Shown: positions 8,341 through 17,539 of the stretch, one piece after another
Layout: each line of letters opens with the position of its first letter
How positions within the stretch are numbered: the stretch's first letter is position 1
Virus record (IMG/VR): IMGVR_UViG_3300044838_000071
Location: 6,800 to 70,799 of that record
Direction: 5' to 3' (one strand)
From: a virus
DNA length: 64,000 nt
The notes under the pieces: generated by a model
Databases searched by the model: none
Told to the model about the DNA's origin: nothing
What the model saw: only the letters and a program-made list of their open reading frames with translations
Made by a program: the position numbers and the translations under genes

Positions 8341-9716
8341 ACGGCGTCGAACATCGAAGGTGTCACGCCGGCCACGCGCTGCTTCACAAGCCGCGTGCTG
8401 TCGGGATTCAGGTCGATGCCGATCGCCGAGCGCCCGTTGCGCACGGCGACCTCGAGCGTAGTCCCCGAGCCGACGAACGGGTCGAGCACCACGCCCACCT
8501 CGGTACCGTCCTCGTGCTCGCACGTGCACCGCCAGCCAAGGTGCTTGCGCTCGGCTGAGCGCGGCCCGTTCGTCGTGCGGCCGCCGGGGTTCTCGTAGGT
8601 GATCTCGACCATGCGCTCCCACGGTGCGCCGCACACGCCGCAGGCCTGGCGCGGAACCCCGGCGAGCACCATCGGCTCGATCAGCTGCGCCGGGTAGGTC
8701 GCGAAGTGCGCCTCCGGGTAGGGCCTCGTCGCGATCTCCCAGACGGACCGCTTGTTGCGCCCGAGCGCGGCCTGCTCGACCTTCGTCATCGCGTCCCAGC
8801 GCTCGTTGAAGCCAGCGTGGCGGCGGCTGTGGCCGCGCTGCTTGTCCTGGGGGGCCGTCTCCTGCTCGGGCGTGCGCGCGGCGAAGCCCTGCCCGTACGG
8901 GCTGCAGATGGTCCCGTTCGGTCCAGCGTAGGACGCGGGTTCGCGGATCGCCTCGGCGTCGTAGTAGTAGCGCGCCGACTTGCTCAGCAGGAAGACGTAC
9001 TCGTGGGCAGAGGTCGGCCGGTCGATGACACTCTCGGGCATCGGATTCGGCTTGCTCCAGATGATGTCGCGGCGCAGATACCAGCCGTCGGCACGCAGCG
9101 CGAACGCGACCATCCAGGGGATGCCATAGAGGTCCTTGGGCTTGCACCCGGCTTCTCGGATGGTGCCGATGCGGCTCCCTTTCGGGGCGCTCATGATCTG
9201 GCGTCCACTAAGCGGGGAACCCGCTCGTTTCTCGGCACCGTCGATGGTGGAGGTCCCGTTGTCGGCTGCCCCTCGACTTTGCGCACCCCACGAGCCTGCG
9301 TAACTGTCGCCGAGATTCAGCCAGAGCGTCCCGTCATCCCGCAGCACTCGTTTGACCTCGCGGAACACCTCGACGAGCTTCGCCACATACCCGTCCGGTG
9401 TGGACTCAAGGCCGATCTGCTGGTCGATGCGGGTCGCCCCACACTTGCCGCAGAGGCGACCGTAGGCGACATTCTCCACCTCGGCCGCCTTCTTCGCCCC
9501 GCCGCGCGTCGAGTGAACAGACTGCGCGAGATTGACGCCGCGCCGCAGCTCGCCCTTGACGTGGTCGCACTCCGGGTCGCCGCCCTCCCACTCCCCCGTC
9601 CCGTAGTCGCGCAGTCCGTAGAACGGTGGCGAGGTGATGCAGCAGTGCACGGAACGATCCTCCATCTCGGCCAGCTGCTCGAGCGCGTCGCCGATGCGCA
9701 GATCCCAAGCGCTCAC
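8337..9716 (-). CDS. DNA methyltransferase (N4-C/N6-A, beta class) with Zn-ribbon inserts
   Basis: TSPPFY, WLNLGDSY, IIWSKPNPMPESV.DRPT..HEY, HFATYP, VLDPFVGSGTT motifs. Confidence 0.95.
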   Translation of the reverse strand: MSAWDLRIGDALEQLAEMEDRSVHCCITSPPFYGLRDYGTGEWEGGDPECDHVKGELRRGVNLAQSVHSTRGGAKKAAEVENVAYGRLCGKCGATRIDQQIGLESTPDGYVAKLVEVFREVKRVLRDDGTLWLNLGDSYAGSWGAQSRGAADNGTSTIDGAEKRAGSPLSGRQIMSAPKGSRIGTIREAGCKPKDLYGIPWMVAFALRADGWYLRRDIIWSKPNPMPESVIDRPTSAHEYVFLLSKSARYYYDAEAIREPASYAGPNGTICSPYGQGFAARTPEQETAPQDKQRGHSRRHAGFNERWDAMTKVEQAALGRNKRSVWEIATRPYPEAHFATYPAQLIEPMVLAGVPRQACGVCGAPWERMVEITYENPGGRTTNGPRSAERKHLGWRCTCEHEDGTEVGVVLDPFVGSGTTLEVAVRNGRSAIGIDLNPDSTRLVKQRVAGVTPSMFDAV

Positions 9717-9844
9717 TCGTCCTCGCCACCCATCTCATCGACGCAGTCCTGGCAGCACCACTCGCCATCCACCTTGCCGATCGGGTCGCCTTCGTGGATC
9801 GCTTTGCCGCAGCTGCAGCGGCCCTCGTAGCCAGCGGAGATCAC
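9713..9844 (-). CDS. small Zn-finger protein
   Basis: CSCGKAI..GD.I......CCQDC. Confidence 0.55.
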   Translation of the reverse strand: MISAGYEGRCSCGKAIHEGDPIGKVDGEWCCQDCVDEMGGEDE

Positions 9845-10191
9845 GGGATGATCCTCTCTCGGATCGAGCGCGACGTGACGCCCGCTGGCAGCGGCAGCTC
9901 GAGCGCGTCGCTCACCTGGCGCAGCATCATGTTCGCCTGCTCGAGCGCGTCGCGGCGCCCGCACAGGTACGCCTCGCGCAGCCACACAAGGAGGAGGTCG
10001 CCGGTGCCCTGGCACCGATCGCAGTCGACCATCTCAGCCTCCGGGTCCGCCCAGTCGTTGTTGCTCGGGATGCGCCCGACAGCACAGTAGGGACAGACCG
10101 AGAGCAGCGCGACCAGTCGCCGCATGGTCTCGCTCGGCTGCGGAGGGACGGGTGGTGTCGGCTGAGGTGACGCATCGGGCTCCGAACTCAC
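9841..10191 (-). CDS. DnaJ-type Zn-finger (CxxCxGxG) protein
   Basis: CPYC..G...CDRCQGTG. Confidence 0.55.
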   Translation of the reverse strand: MSSEPDASPQPTPPVPPQPSETMRRLVALLSVCPYCAVGRIPSNNDWADPEAEMVDCDRCQGTGDLLLVWLREAYLCGRRDALEQANMMLRQVSDALELPLPAGVTSRSIRERIIP

Positions 10192-10406
10192 GCCCCTGCG
10201 TCCTCGTTGACCGGGCTCTGCCGGGCTGTGGGACGCGCCGACGGTCTGGTGCGCGTGATGTCCCTGAGTCGGCCCCAGAACGCCTTACGCGCGCGATCCT
10301 CACCACCATGGCGGTATCGCGAGCGGCACGTCTCGCCATGGAAAACTGCGTCTGCCCTCATCCCGGTCAGCGGTTCGCCGCAGCCCTTGCAGAGATTGTC
10401 GTTCAC
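10188..10406 (-). CDS. small Zn-finger protein
   Basis: CKGCG...AVFHGETCR. Confidence 0.55.
   Translation of the reverse strand: MNDNLCKGCGEPLTGMRADAVFHGETCRSRYRHGGEDRARKAFWGRLRDITRTRPSARPTARQSPVNEDAGA
10208..10227 (-). promoter_or_regulatory. AGCCCGG-N3-AGCCCGG motif, copy 2
   Basis: Minus strand AGCCCGG CAG AGCCCGG TCA. Confidence 0.6.
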
Positions 10407-10930
10407 GCCGCGACCTCGTCGGCGTCGGCACTGGACGGCATGCTCTGCGCCCTGAACGCCGCCGCCACGCGCGCGGCCTCGTTGACGTCGTCGAACAGGC
10501 CGAGGTGGTGGTGGCGGTAGTTGACGACGGCCTGCGCCGCCCACTTCTGGCGCTGTCGATGCCAAGTGACGCCGCGGTGTCCCGACGTGTTGCGACCGTG
10601 TGGGACGGCGCGGTTCTGTACGTTCTGAATGCACGTGCCTGGCCGAAGATTCGCCCGTCGGTTGTCAAGTTTGTCGCCGTTCCGATGGTCAACGTGGATG
10701 TCGGGATCGGACACCCCGAGCAGGTCGCGCGATAGATAGGCTCCATCGCCGCGAGCAACGCGGCCTCGGCCGGTGAGATGCCATCTGTGGGCGATGACCG
10801 CGATGTAGTCGGCGGCGTCGATGATCGCGTAGGCCCGCACCGATCCGTCGCGGCGCCGGAGGGGAATCAGCGCTACTTGTCCCACGCCTGCGGTAGCCTC
10901 TCCCTTGGATCCTCCCATGATCCTCAGCAT
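10403..10930 (-). CDS. HNH homing endonuclease with AP2 domain (paralog of 6380-6871)
   Basis: DHRNGDKLDNRRANLR...NTSGHRGVTW; start uncertain. Confidence 0.9.
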   Translation of the reverse strand: MLRIMGGSKGEATAGVGQVALIPLRRRDGSVRAYAIIDAADYIAVIAHRWHLTGRGRVARGDGAYLSRDLLGVSDPDIHVDHRNGDKLDNRRANLRPGTCIQNVQNRAVPHGRNTSGHRGVTWHRQRQKWAAQAVVNYRHHHLGLFDDVNEAARVAAAFRAQSMPSSADADEVAA

Positions 10931-10931
10931 T

Positions 10932-10970
10932 ACGCCCCCGTCGGACCGATTCCTACCGCGGGGGCGTTTT
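10932..10970 (+). terminator. intrinsic terminator-like hairpin
   Basis: ACGCCCCCG/CGGGGGCGT stem followed by TTT. Confidence 0.55.
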
Positions 10971-10986
10971 GCATGAAGAGGTGCGA

Positions 10987-11361
10987 CTACTCCGCGTCGG
11001 GGATCACGTGCACGTCGCCGACAATCCGGCAGACCTGCTTACGCGTACATCCCGTCACGGTTTCCGTGGTGCTGTCGATCTTGTCGTCAAAGTGCACGCC
11101 GCTCACGCGGACGCGGCACTGGATCGTCACCTCGGAGCCCTTCTTGAGCTGACCCTTGGGAAGCTCGATGCTGCGGCCGGCGAGTTTCACCTTCGAGGTG
11201 TCGGGCTTCTTGCCGCCGACGTCGAATGACAGCTGGCCGAGCTCCGCCAGCCCGATCACCTGCGCCGCGCGTGCCTGCGCCTCGTCCTCGCCGACGCCCT
11301 CGGGGTGCGTGCCGTTGGTGCTTGCGCCGGTGTCGGGCGGGGCCTGTGTGCCTGCCTCCAT
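10987..11361 (-). CDS. hypothetical beta-rich protein, first gene of leftward arm
   Basis: AAGGAAGG RBS before ATG 11361; contains QLSF. Confidence 0.7.
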   Translation of the reverse strand: MEAGTQAPPDTGASTNGTHPEGVGEDEAQARAAQVIGLAELGQLSFDVGGKKPDTSKVKLAGRSIELPKGQLKKGSEVTIQCRVRVSGVHFDDKIDSTTETVTGCTRKQVCRIVGDVHVIPDAE

Positions 11362-11500
11362 GGTGAACCTTCCTTTGCTCGCTGTTTGCGAAGTGCGTGA
11401 TCGTCGCAGCAGCAAAGGACATACTTTCTGTCCGCCGAAACATGTAGCTTCCGCGCACCAACTGACCGCTGCGTTAAGTCGCGGCGAGCGAAAGGAGATC
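11362..11500. promoter_or_regulatory. divergent control region
   Basis: Arms diverge here; TGTCCG-N10-TAGCTT at 11429-11450 (+); hairpin 11371-11419. Confidence 0.65.
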
Positions 11501-12418
11501 ATGGGAACCTCAGCCAAACCGAAGCCCGCCGAGCAGGCCGACGCGCCGACGCCTGAGCCAGAGGCGGCGCCAGTAGAGGAGCCCTCCGGCAGCGAGCTCG
11601 TCGTCCGCGACATCGGCGACCGCCAGGAGTTCGTCACCGTCGTCGACCGCCACGACGAGGCGATGATCGTCCAGGAGCTGCAGCGCCGCACGCTGAAAGT
11701 GATGCTCTACAGCTTCCGGCAGGACGGTCACACGATCGTCGACCTGTCCTACCTCGGCGTCAACGAGGCGGTGCGCGTGATGAACGACTCGCGCAAGTGG
11801 GAGGTCACGATCGACCCCGGCTCGCTCGTCGTCGAGTCCGTGATGGAGGACCTTGGCGACGGCGAGGAGCCCTGCTGGACGGCGACCGTCTACGCCGTGA
11901 ACCGCATCACCAGCTACGGCCAGTACGGCACGTTCACGCAGCCCAAGCGGATCCACCTCAGCGACGCGCGGAAGATCGCCAAGCGCCGCGAGAAAAAGGA
12001 AGAGCCGCACGACTCGGTCGCCGACAAGTTCGCCCGCCAGAAGGCGATCAACAAGGCGCAGCGCAACGCGCTCCGCGTCCACATCCCCGAGACGATGCGC
12101 CAGACGATCATCGCGCAGTACCAAGGCGACCCCGAGCGCATCAAGCGGATCGAGGTGGGCGCTGGCGCCGAGGCGATGGCTGACCTTCCGCCGCCGCTGG
12201 TCGACGAGAAGGCCGAAGCGCAGAAGGCGCAGGCGCGCGAGCTGTTCGACAGCATCCGAGAGATCGGCCCGCTGATCCTGCTACCGGCGGTGTTCCACAA
12301 GTATCTGCGTGACGCGGAGCACAGCCATGAGCGGCTGGAGGACTTCCTCGGGTATCTGCGGGACGTGCTCGAGCGGGCGCAGAAGGAGCAGGCCAAGACG
12401 ACAGAGGAGGCCAAATGA
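11501..12418 (+). CDS. Rad52/Sak-like single-strand annealing protein
   Basis: LSYLG...ATVYA....YG...KFARQKAINKAQRNAL signature; AAAGGAG RBS; near an exonuclease. Confidence 0.65.
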   Translation: MGTSAKPKPAEQADAPTPEPEAAPVEEPSGSELVVRDIGDRQEFVTVVDRHDEAMIVQELQRRTLKVMLYSFRQDGHTIVDLSYLGVNEAVRVMNDSRKWEVTIDPGSLVVESVMEDLGDGEEPCWTATVYAVNRITSYGQYGTFTQPKRIHLSDARKIAKRREKKEEPHDSVADKFARQKAINKAQRNALRVHIPETMRQTIIAQYQGDPERIKRIEVGAGAEAMADLPPPLVDEKAEAQKAQARELFDSIREIGPLILLPAVFHKYLRDAEHSHERLEDFLGYLRDVLERAQKEQAKTTEEAK

Positions 12419-12684
12419 CAATCGACCTCGCGCGCGAGCTGAGCGTTCGCGCCATCGCCCACAACCTCGCGCTGAAGTTCCCAGCACCACCGACTGACGC
12501 CGGCGAGGGAACCAACGTCGCTGTCATGGAGTACGCGCTGCGTGTCGCCGCGTTGTACGAGATGCAGGATCGCGGCACGCTCGCTGCGGCTGGCGTCGCA
12601 CTGTGGCGGGCGACCGCCCACGAGGACACAACACACACGACGCTGCAGGGTTTGCAGCCAGAGGAGCATCCGGCGTGCGACTAG
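12415..12684 (+). CDS. hypothetical protein
   Basis: Coupled ORF with GGAGG. Confidence 0.55.
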   Translation: MTIDLARELSVRAIAHNLALKFPAPPTDAGEGTNVAVMEYALRVAALYEMQDRGTLAAAGVALWRATAHEDTTHTTLQGLQPEEHPACD

Positions 12685-13118
12685 CGATGCCCCTCCGGTT
12701 CTGGGTCAAGGTCGATTTTCATGGTCCGATGCTCTCGCCCTACCTCGGACCGTGTTGGGATTGGACGCTGAGAACGAGCGATGCTGGGTACGGCAACATA
12801 AAACTGGACGGCTATCCGGTGAGCACACATCGCCTTGCCTACGAACTCGTGCGTGGCCCCATCCCAGAGGGGCTGCACGTCAACCATCTCTGCCGGAGGC
12901 CCAGATGCGTCAATCCAGCCCACCTAGAGGCGGTGACAAGCGTCGAGAACTGGCGCCGCGGCAGTAGCCCGAGCGCGATTGCCGCTCGCCGAGGGTGTTG
13001 CGCTAGGGGCCATCCCTACACGAAGGCCAACACCTACATCACGCCGAGGGGCTACCGCCAATGTCGCATCTGCCAGCGCTCGACCGTGTACTCCTACCGA
13101 GAAAGGCAAGCCGCATGA
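12675..13118 (+). CDS. HNH homing endonuclease with C-terminal Zn finger
   Basis: RFW.KV...CWDW...GYG...HRLAYE...HLC....CVNPAHLE...C.RGH...RQCRIC. Confidence 0.92.
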   Translation: MRLAMPLRFWVKVDFHGPMLSPYLGPCWDWTLRTSDAGYGNIKLDGYPVSTHRLAYELVRGPIPEGLHVNHLCRRPRCVNPAHLEAVTSVENWRRGSSPSAIAARRGCCARGHPYTKANTYITPRGYRQCRICQRSTVYSYRERQAA

Positions 13119-13447
13119 CTGACGAGAAGACACCGCGCCCGAAGAACCCCGCCTACCACGTGTTCGAGCATGGTCCGGGCAGCAAACTATGGAAGCACCT
13201 CACGAGCGAGCCGGTGAACGCCGGGAGCCGCGAGGCGGCGATCAAGGCCGTCGCACCCGGCCGTCCCGCCGACGACGACACGGAGAGGAGCTACCTCGTC
13301 ATCGCGGCGAAGGAGTTCCAGACCTTCGTGCACCGCACCAAGACGACGAAGGAGGACGTGATCGAGCGCGGCAATGTGCCAGCGCCGGTGCCCTCGACGC
13401 CGATCGACGGTGGCGCAAGCGGAGGTGCGGCCGATGCGACTGACTAA
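13115..13447 (+). CDS. hypothetical protein
   Basis: Coupled ORF. Confidence 0.6.
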   Translation: MTDEKTPRPKNPAYHVFEHGPGSKLWKHLTSEPVNAGSREAAIKAVAPGRPADDDTERSYLVIAAKEFQTFVHRTKTTKEDVIERGNVPAPVPSTPIDGGASGGAADATD

Positions 13448-13580
13448 CGACCGCGGCCGGCCCGTCTCGCTCTGGCGCTGGTTCATCGGCGAGCCCGGCT
13501 CCGGCAAGCTGATCCTGCACGGCGTCGTGCTGCTGATGGTCGTGCTGCTCGTCGTGTCGATCGTGAGGCTGGCGACATGA
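13434..13580 (+). CDS. small membrane protein
   Basis: LILHGVVLLMVVLLVVSIV hydrophobic segment; GGAGG. Confidence 0.55.
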   Translation: MRLTNDRGRPVSLWRWFIGEPGSGKLILHGVVLLMVVLLVVSIVRLAT

Positions 13581-13819
13581 GCCTTGCGATCAACCCAGAC
13601 GAGGTGACGCACGTCATCGTCAAGGGCGACCACGTCCACGGCGAGGTGTCGAGCTGGCGGGAGATCGACGCGGCGAGCCTTGAGATCGACACGTACGAAT
13701 TCATCGACGGCGACGGCCAGATCCTGGCGAGCTGCGGGCCTGGCTTTCGCTGCCGCAGCGGCACCGTTGAGATAGCAGGCCACCTGACATCGCTGCTGGC
13801 GGTGAGATTCGATGGCTGA
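13577..13819 (+). CDS. hypothetical protein
   Basis: Coupled ORF. Confidence 0.6.
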   Translation: MSLAINPDEVTHVIVKGDHVHGEVSSWREIDAASLEIDTYEFIDGDGQILASCGPGFRCRSGTVEIAGHLTSLLAVRFDG

Positions 13820-15215
13820 GACAGAGGTCGAGGTGGTCGACGGCGTTGTCGTTGACGAGCACCTGAACCTCCGCCGACTCCCGCCGGTGGACCCGGTCGA
13901 GCCGCCCTCGCGGTGGTCGCAGACGATCCTCCGGCACGGCAACACCTGCCAGCGAGCCGCCTACCTCTACCAGCGCCACCACGGCGGTCTTCCCGGCCAC
14001 CAGCTCGACCGCGGCACCGCGTTTCACCTCGCGTGGGCGAAGACGACGAACCTCATCCTCGAGCGCTACGCGATCGACGCCGGCGAGGACGGCGACGTGG
14101 ACTACAGCGTCGATGAACACACCGCCAAGCTGATGCTCGAGGAGGTCTTCGACGAGCACCCCGAGCTGACCGTGCCGCTGCATGAACGCGACGAACTGCG
14201 GGTGATGATGAGCCACATGGCGAACGGCTTCTCGGTCAACCCGGCGCAGGTCGTGGCGGTCGAGCGCAAGTTCGTGCTGACGCTCGGCGAGTACAAGGTG
14301 AGCGCGATCCTCGACCTGGCGTTGATCAGCGGCACCGCGGCGATCATCCGTGACGCCAAGACGCAGTGGGATGCGCCATCGCAGGCGGAGTACGCGGCGT
14401 CGTTCCAGGGGCGTTTATACGCGGTGGTGCTCGTGTACGGCCAGCCGGTGACGGAGATCCCGTGCGAGGCTGGCTGCGGCACCCGCTGCCCGCTCATCAG
14501 CGACTGCGAGATCTGCGAAGGCCGTGGCTACACCGAGCGCCTAGAAGCGCCCCTCGGCGAGCACCTGCAGGCGATCGACGTCGGCGAGATCTTCCCGCGC
14601 TACATGTCCTGCGGCTCGTGCGGCGCGAAGGCCCACACGGGCGGGCGCTGCGACGAGTGCGGCGGCACGATGGAAGTCGCCGTGCGCAACATGCCGCTCG
14701 CCCGCATCGAAATCGACGCGCTGCGCCGCGACATCGAAGACCAGTGCGCGCAGCTCGCGAAGGCGTTCGAGACCAACCAGTTCCCCGCCGTCACAGGTAG
14801 TCATTGCGCTCGCTGTCCATGCGAGCCGGAGTGTCCATTGCCGCGCAACCTCCGCAACTACGCCGGCGCGATCCAGACCGAGGCCGAGGCCGCCGAGGCG
14901 ATGGAGTGGTATCAGCGCAACAACGGCCGGATCAAGGCCACCAAAGCGGAGGTCAAGAACTTCTGCAAGATCCACGGGCCGCTGCGCTTCGGCGTCGATC
15001 TGATCGCCGAATTCGCGGAGGTCAAACGGTGGGAGACCAACTGGACCGCGATCGAGCAGGGCGCGGCGCGCGCGGCGCAGTACGGTGAGCCGTTCGACAT
15101 GGGCGAGCACCGGCGGCAGAAGGCAGGGACGGACTTCGTCGTGCGCAAACTGACGGAGATCGAGCTCGCCGCAGAGCGCGATGCCAAGCAACAACAGGAC
15201 GAGGAGGCAGCATGA
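13812..15215 (+). CDS. PD-(D/E)XK exonuclease, AddB/Cas4-like with Fe-S Cys cluster and two Zn-ribbon inserts
   Basis: C...RGTAFH...E...ILDL...IRDAKT...Q..LY...CARCPCEPECP. Confidence 0.85.
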   Translation: MAETEVEVVDGVVVDEHLNLRRLPPVDPVEPPSRWSQTILRHGNTCQRAAYLYQRHHGGLPGHQLDRGTAFHLAWAKTTNLILERYAIDAGEDGDVDYSVDEHTAKLMLEEVFDEHPELTVPLHERDELRVMMSHMANGFSVNPAQVVAVERKFVLTLGEYKVSAILDLALISGTAAIIRDAKTQWDAPSQAEYAASFQGRLYAVVLVYGQPVTEIPCEAGCGTRCPLISDCEICEGRGYTERLEAPLGEHLQAIDVGEIFPRYMSCGSCGAKAHTGGRCDECGGTMEVAVRNMPLARIEIDALRRDIEDQCAQLAKAFETNQFPAVTGSHCARCPCEPECPLPRNLRNYAGAIQTEAEAAEAMEWYQRNNGRIKATKAEVKNFCKIHGPLRFGVDLIAEFAEVKRWETNWTAIEQGAARAAQYGEPFDMGEHRRQKAGTDFVVRKLTEIELAAERDAKQQQDEEAA

Positions 15216-15409
15216 AAGCGGCAGCAGTCACCCTGCGGGGCGAGGTAGACGAGCGCGCGGTCGCGCAGCTGATGCGCTGCGTCACGTCCGGCGATGCGCT
15301 CGCGGGCGCGATCTGCGCGGACGGCCATGCGGAGCAGCTGATGCCGATGCTCGACGTGATCGAGCTCGAGAACGCCGTGTCGCGGCCGGCGCTGGGGCCG
15401 GGCCTGTGA
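15212..15409 (+). CDS. hypothetical protein
   Basis: Coupled ORF with GGAGG. Confidence 0.5.
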   Translation: MKAAAVTLRGEVDERAVAQLMRCVTSGDALAGAICADGHAEQLMPMLDVIELENAVSRPALGPGL

Positions 15410-15978
15410 GCTACGTCGACCTCGCCGACCTCGTCACGTTCCGGCCACTGTCGCGCCCTGTCGGCTCGGGCCCCACGCGCTACTCGCAGTTCAAGGCGCC
15501 GTGGCGCACGACGGTGAGCCTGCTCGCCAAAGAGTTGCGCGCGCACGGCGCCAGCCGGACGGTGCTCGAGGTCGACCTCCGCGAGGGCGACATCCGCCAA
15601 GACGGCCTACCGCGCGCCGACCGCAACGCGCGCACGCCTGGGATCGTGCTCAGCTTCCGCGCGCTCAACGTGCCGGGCGAGCCGAACCTCCGGTATGAAG
15701 TCTGCGAGTTCACCGACTGGAAGGACAACGTGCGCGCGGTCGCCCTCGGCCTCCAAGCGCTGCGCGCCGTCGACCGCTACGGCGTCACCAAACGCGGCGA
15801 GCAATATGCTGGCTGGAAGCAGATCGAGGCTGGCGTCGGTGACGGGAACGCTTCGCGTGGCCGCCAGCTGATCGCCGCGGCCGGGAGCGTGCAGGAGGCC
15901 CTGAAGCGCGCGCACCCCGACCATGGTGGCCAGGAGGCTGACTTCCGTGACGTGATGGCTGCGAGGGCGGCGGCGTGA
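15406..15978 (+). CDS. phage protein with C-terminal minimal J-domain
   Basis: ALKRAHPDHGG...F..V..A HPD motif; N-terminal R.DGLP....PG.V....DNVRAVAL.L.ALR...RYG family. Confidence 0.8.
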   Translation: MSYVDLADLVTFRPLSRPVGSGPTRYSQFKAPWRTTVSLLAKELRAHGASRTVLEVDLREGDIRQDGLPRADRNARTPGIVLSFRALNVPGEPNLRYEVCEFTDWKDNVRAVALGLQALRAVDRYGVTKRGEQYAGWKQIEAGVGDGNASRGRQLIAAAGSVQEALKRAHPDHGGQEADFRDVMAARAAA

Positions 15979-16163
15979 TCGTGCGCATGGCGGTCCGCCG
16001 AGCCGGCAACGAGCACCCGCCGCGAGGCACGAGGGTCGTGGTGGGGCAGAACCTCGCTGGGGTGGTGATCTGCGCCCAGGACCGCAACGGCTGGGTCTAC
16101 GCCGACATCCAGTGCACTGAACGCTTCGGGGAACTGCTCTACCTCGCGAGGCTGATCCCGTGA
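15975..16163 (+). CDS. hypothetical protein
   Basis: Coupled ORF. Confidence 0.45.
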   Translation: MIVRMAVRRAGNEHPPRGTRVVVGQNLAGVVICAQDRNGWVYADIQCTERFGELLYLARLIP

Positions 16164-16402
16164 TCGTTGACTCGGTCGCCGCCGAGTTCGCCGCTCGCCG
16201 CCTACTCCACGCGCAGGGCAGCATCGGCGAGGCGTTCGAGAGCCTAGACCTCGGCTGGACGCTGGAGGACGTGCACGAGTACATGAAGGGCAGCCCGACG
16301 TTCCTCGCGATCCCCGAGGACCTGCAGGCCCAGGTCGTCGGGATGACGATGGCGTTCGGGATCGTCGTCGCCGAGCGCAGCCGGGAAGGCGTGCGACGAT
16401 GA
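16160..16402 (+). CDS. hypothetical protein
   Basis: Coupled ORF. Confidence 0.55.
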   Translation: MIVDSVAAEFAARRLLHAQGSIGEAFESLDLGWTLEDVHEYMKGSPTFLAIPEDLQAQVVGMTMAFGIVVAERSREGVRR

Positions 16403-16578
16403 GCGCCAAGGCGATCGACCACCTGCCGATCGAAGTCACCGTCGAACCGCGCTTCCAAGCCGAGGGCTGGGAATGGTGGGTGCGGGTGCCGGGCGAGCGC
16501 AACTGGGAGGGCGTCAGCAAGACACGCGACGGTGCGATCACGGCCGTGCACCGCGCGCTCGAGGAGGCGATCAAGTGA
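16399..16578 (+). CDS. small protein, HicB N-terminal-like fold possible (59 aa)
   Basis: Hand-translated IEVTVEP...WWVRVPG....GVSKTRDGAITAVHRALEEAI. Confidence 0.5.
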   Translation: MSAKAIDHLPIEVTVEPRFQAEGWEWWVRVPGERNWEGVSKTRDGAITAVHRALEEAIK

Positions 16579-17252
16579 CTCAATCCGAGATACCGATACC
16601 AGCAGAGACGATTAGGAGGGCGGCGCAGGCTCACTATGAACGGGCTGAGTCGGAGGCGTGGCGCGCGGATTTCCCGTGGGCGAGCCTCGGCGACAAGCAG
16701 GGCTGGATCGACGGCACAGAGGCCGCCATTCGGGCCTTCCTCTTAGAGATGCAGTTCGAGATTGAGCGGCTTCCCTTGCGATATGGAGCGACAACGGCTA
16801 GCTATCGCCTCGTCTCAGCCTGGCATCCCGACCAGTCCTCCCCCTCCCCCCCCGTCCCGGCAGAGGACACACGCGAGGCTCAGCCACAGGTAGACGAGCG
16901 GGAGTGGACGCTAGAGATATCACGCGGCGGTAGCGCCGGGATCGCACCGACCCATACCGCTCGTTCCCAGGCCTACACCTATGTGCCGGTCGTCCCGAAG
17001 TCCTCCCTCGATGCTGCCCATGTCGAGATAGACCGGGAGCGGGGGCTTCGTGAAGAGGCGCAGCGTGAAGCGATCCGGCACAAGGAGCGGGCGGGCGACT
17101 GTGAGGAGGCGCTAGCCGAGGCGGAGGAGGCGCTGAGGGAGATCAAGGCGGCCATCGAGCGACCGGACACCCTTGCCGTCGAAGATGCAGAGATCGTCCG
17201 CGACATTCTTCGTGCCGCTCTCTCCCCGAGGGAGGACAGCGATGGACAGTGA
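16575..17252 (+). CDS. mosaic hypothetical protein
   Basis: GTG after GGAGG; carries linker repeats shared with neighbours. Confidence 0.55.
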   Translation: MTQSEIPIPAETIRRAAQAHYERAESEAWRADFPWASLGDKQGWIDGTEAAIRAFLLEMQFEIERLPLRYGATTASYRLVSAWHPDQSSPSPPVPAEDTREAQPQVDEREWTLEISRGGSAGIAPTHTARSQAYTYVPVVPKSSLDAAHVEIDRERGLREEAQREAIRHKERAGDCEEALAEAEEALREIKAAIERPDTLAVEDAEIVRDILRAALSPREDSDGQ

Positions 17253-17394
17253 GGGCAAGCGAGCCGTTGTGCTGAGCGAGCAGGACTGGAGCAGGCTACT
17301 GGAGGTCGCACGGCTGACTTACACGGCACAGGATGTGCGGATTCTGAATGCGATCAAAGGAGATGACGATGCTGTCGATAGTCGTGGAGACTGA
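17242..17394 (+). CDS. small hypothetical protein
   Basis: GGAGG then ATG. Confidence 0.45.
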   Translation: MDSEGKRAVVLSEQDWSRLLEVARLTYTAQDVRILNAIKGDDDAVDSRGD

Positions 17395-17539
17395 GAGGTT
17401 CGCCGCTACGCTGCCGCGTTTTGTGGGGCCGTTCGAGAACACAGCCGAGGTATGGGCCTATGTGTATGAGCGGATGCGAGGTGCGGGCTACCCGCGCTTC
17501 CGCATCGAGCGGCTGGAGCGTGACAGCGATGGCCGGTAG
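17369..17539 (+). CDS. small hypothetical protein
   Basis: AAGGAG then ATG; VGPF....E motif. Confidence 0.45.
   Translation: MLSIVVETERFAATLPRFVGPFENTAEVWAYVYERMRGAGYPRFRIERLERDSDGR

Noticed and set aside
8337-9716. Intein in the long methyltransferase
   Set aside because: Inserts are short Zn ribbons or loops with no splice-junction motifs.
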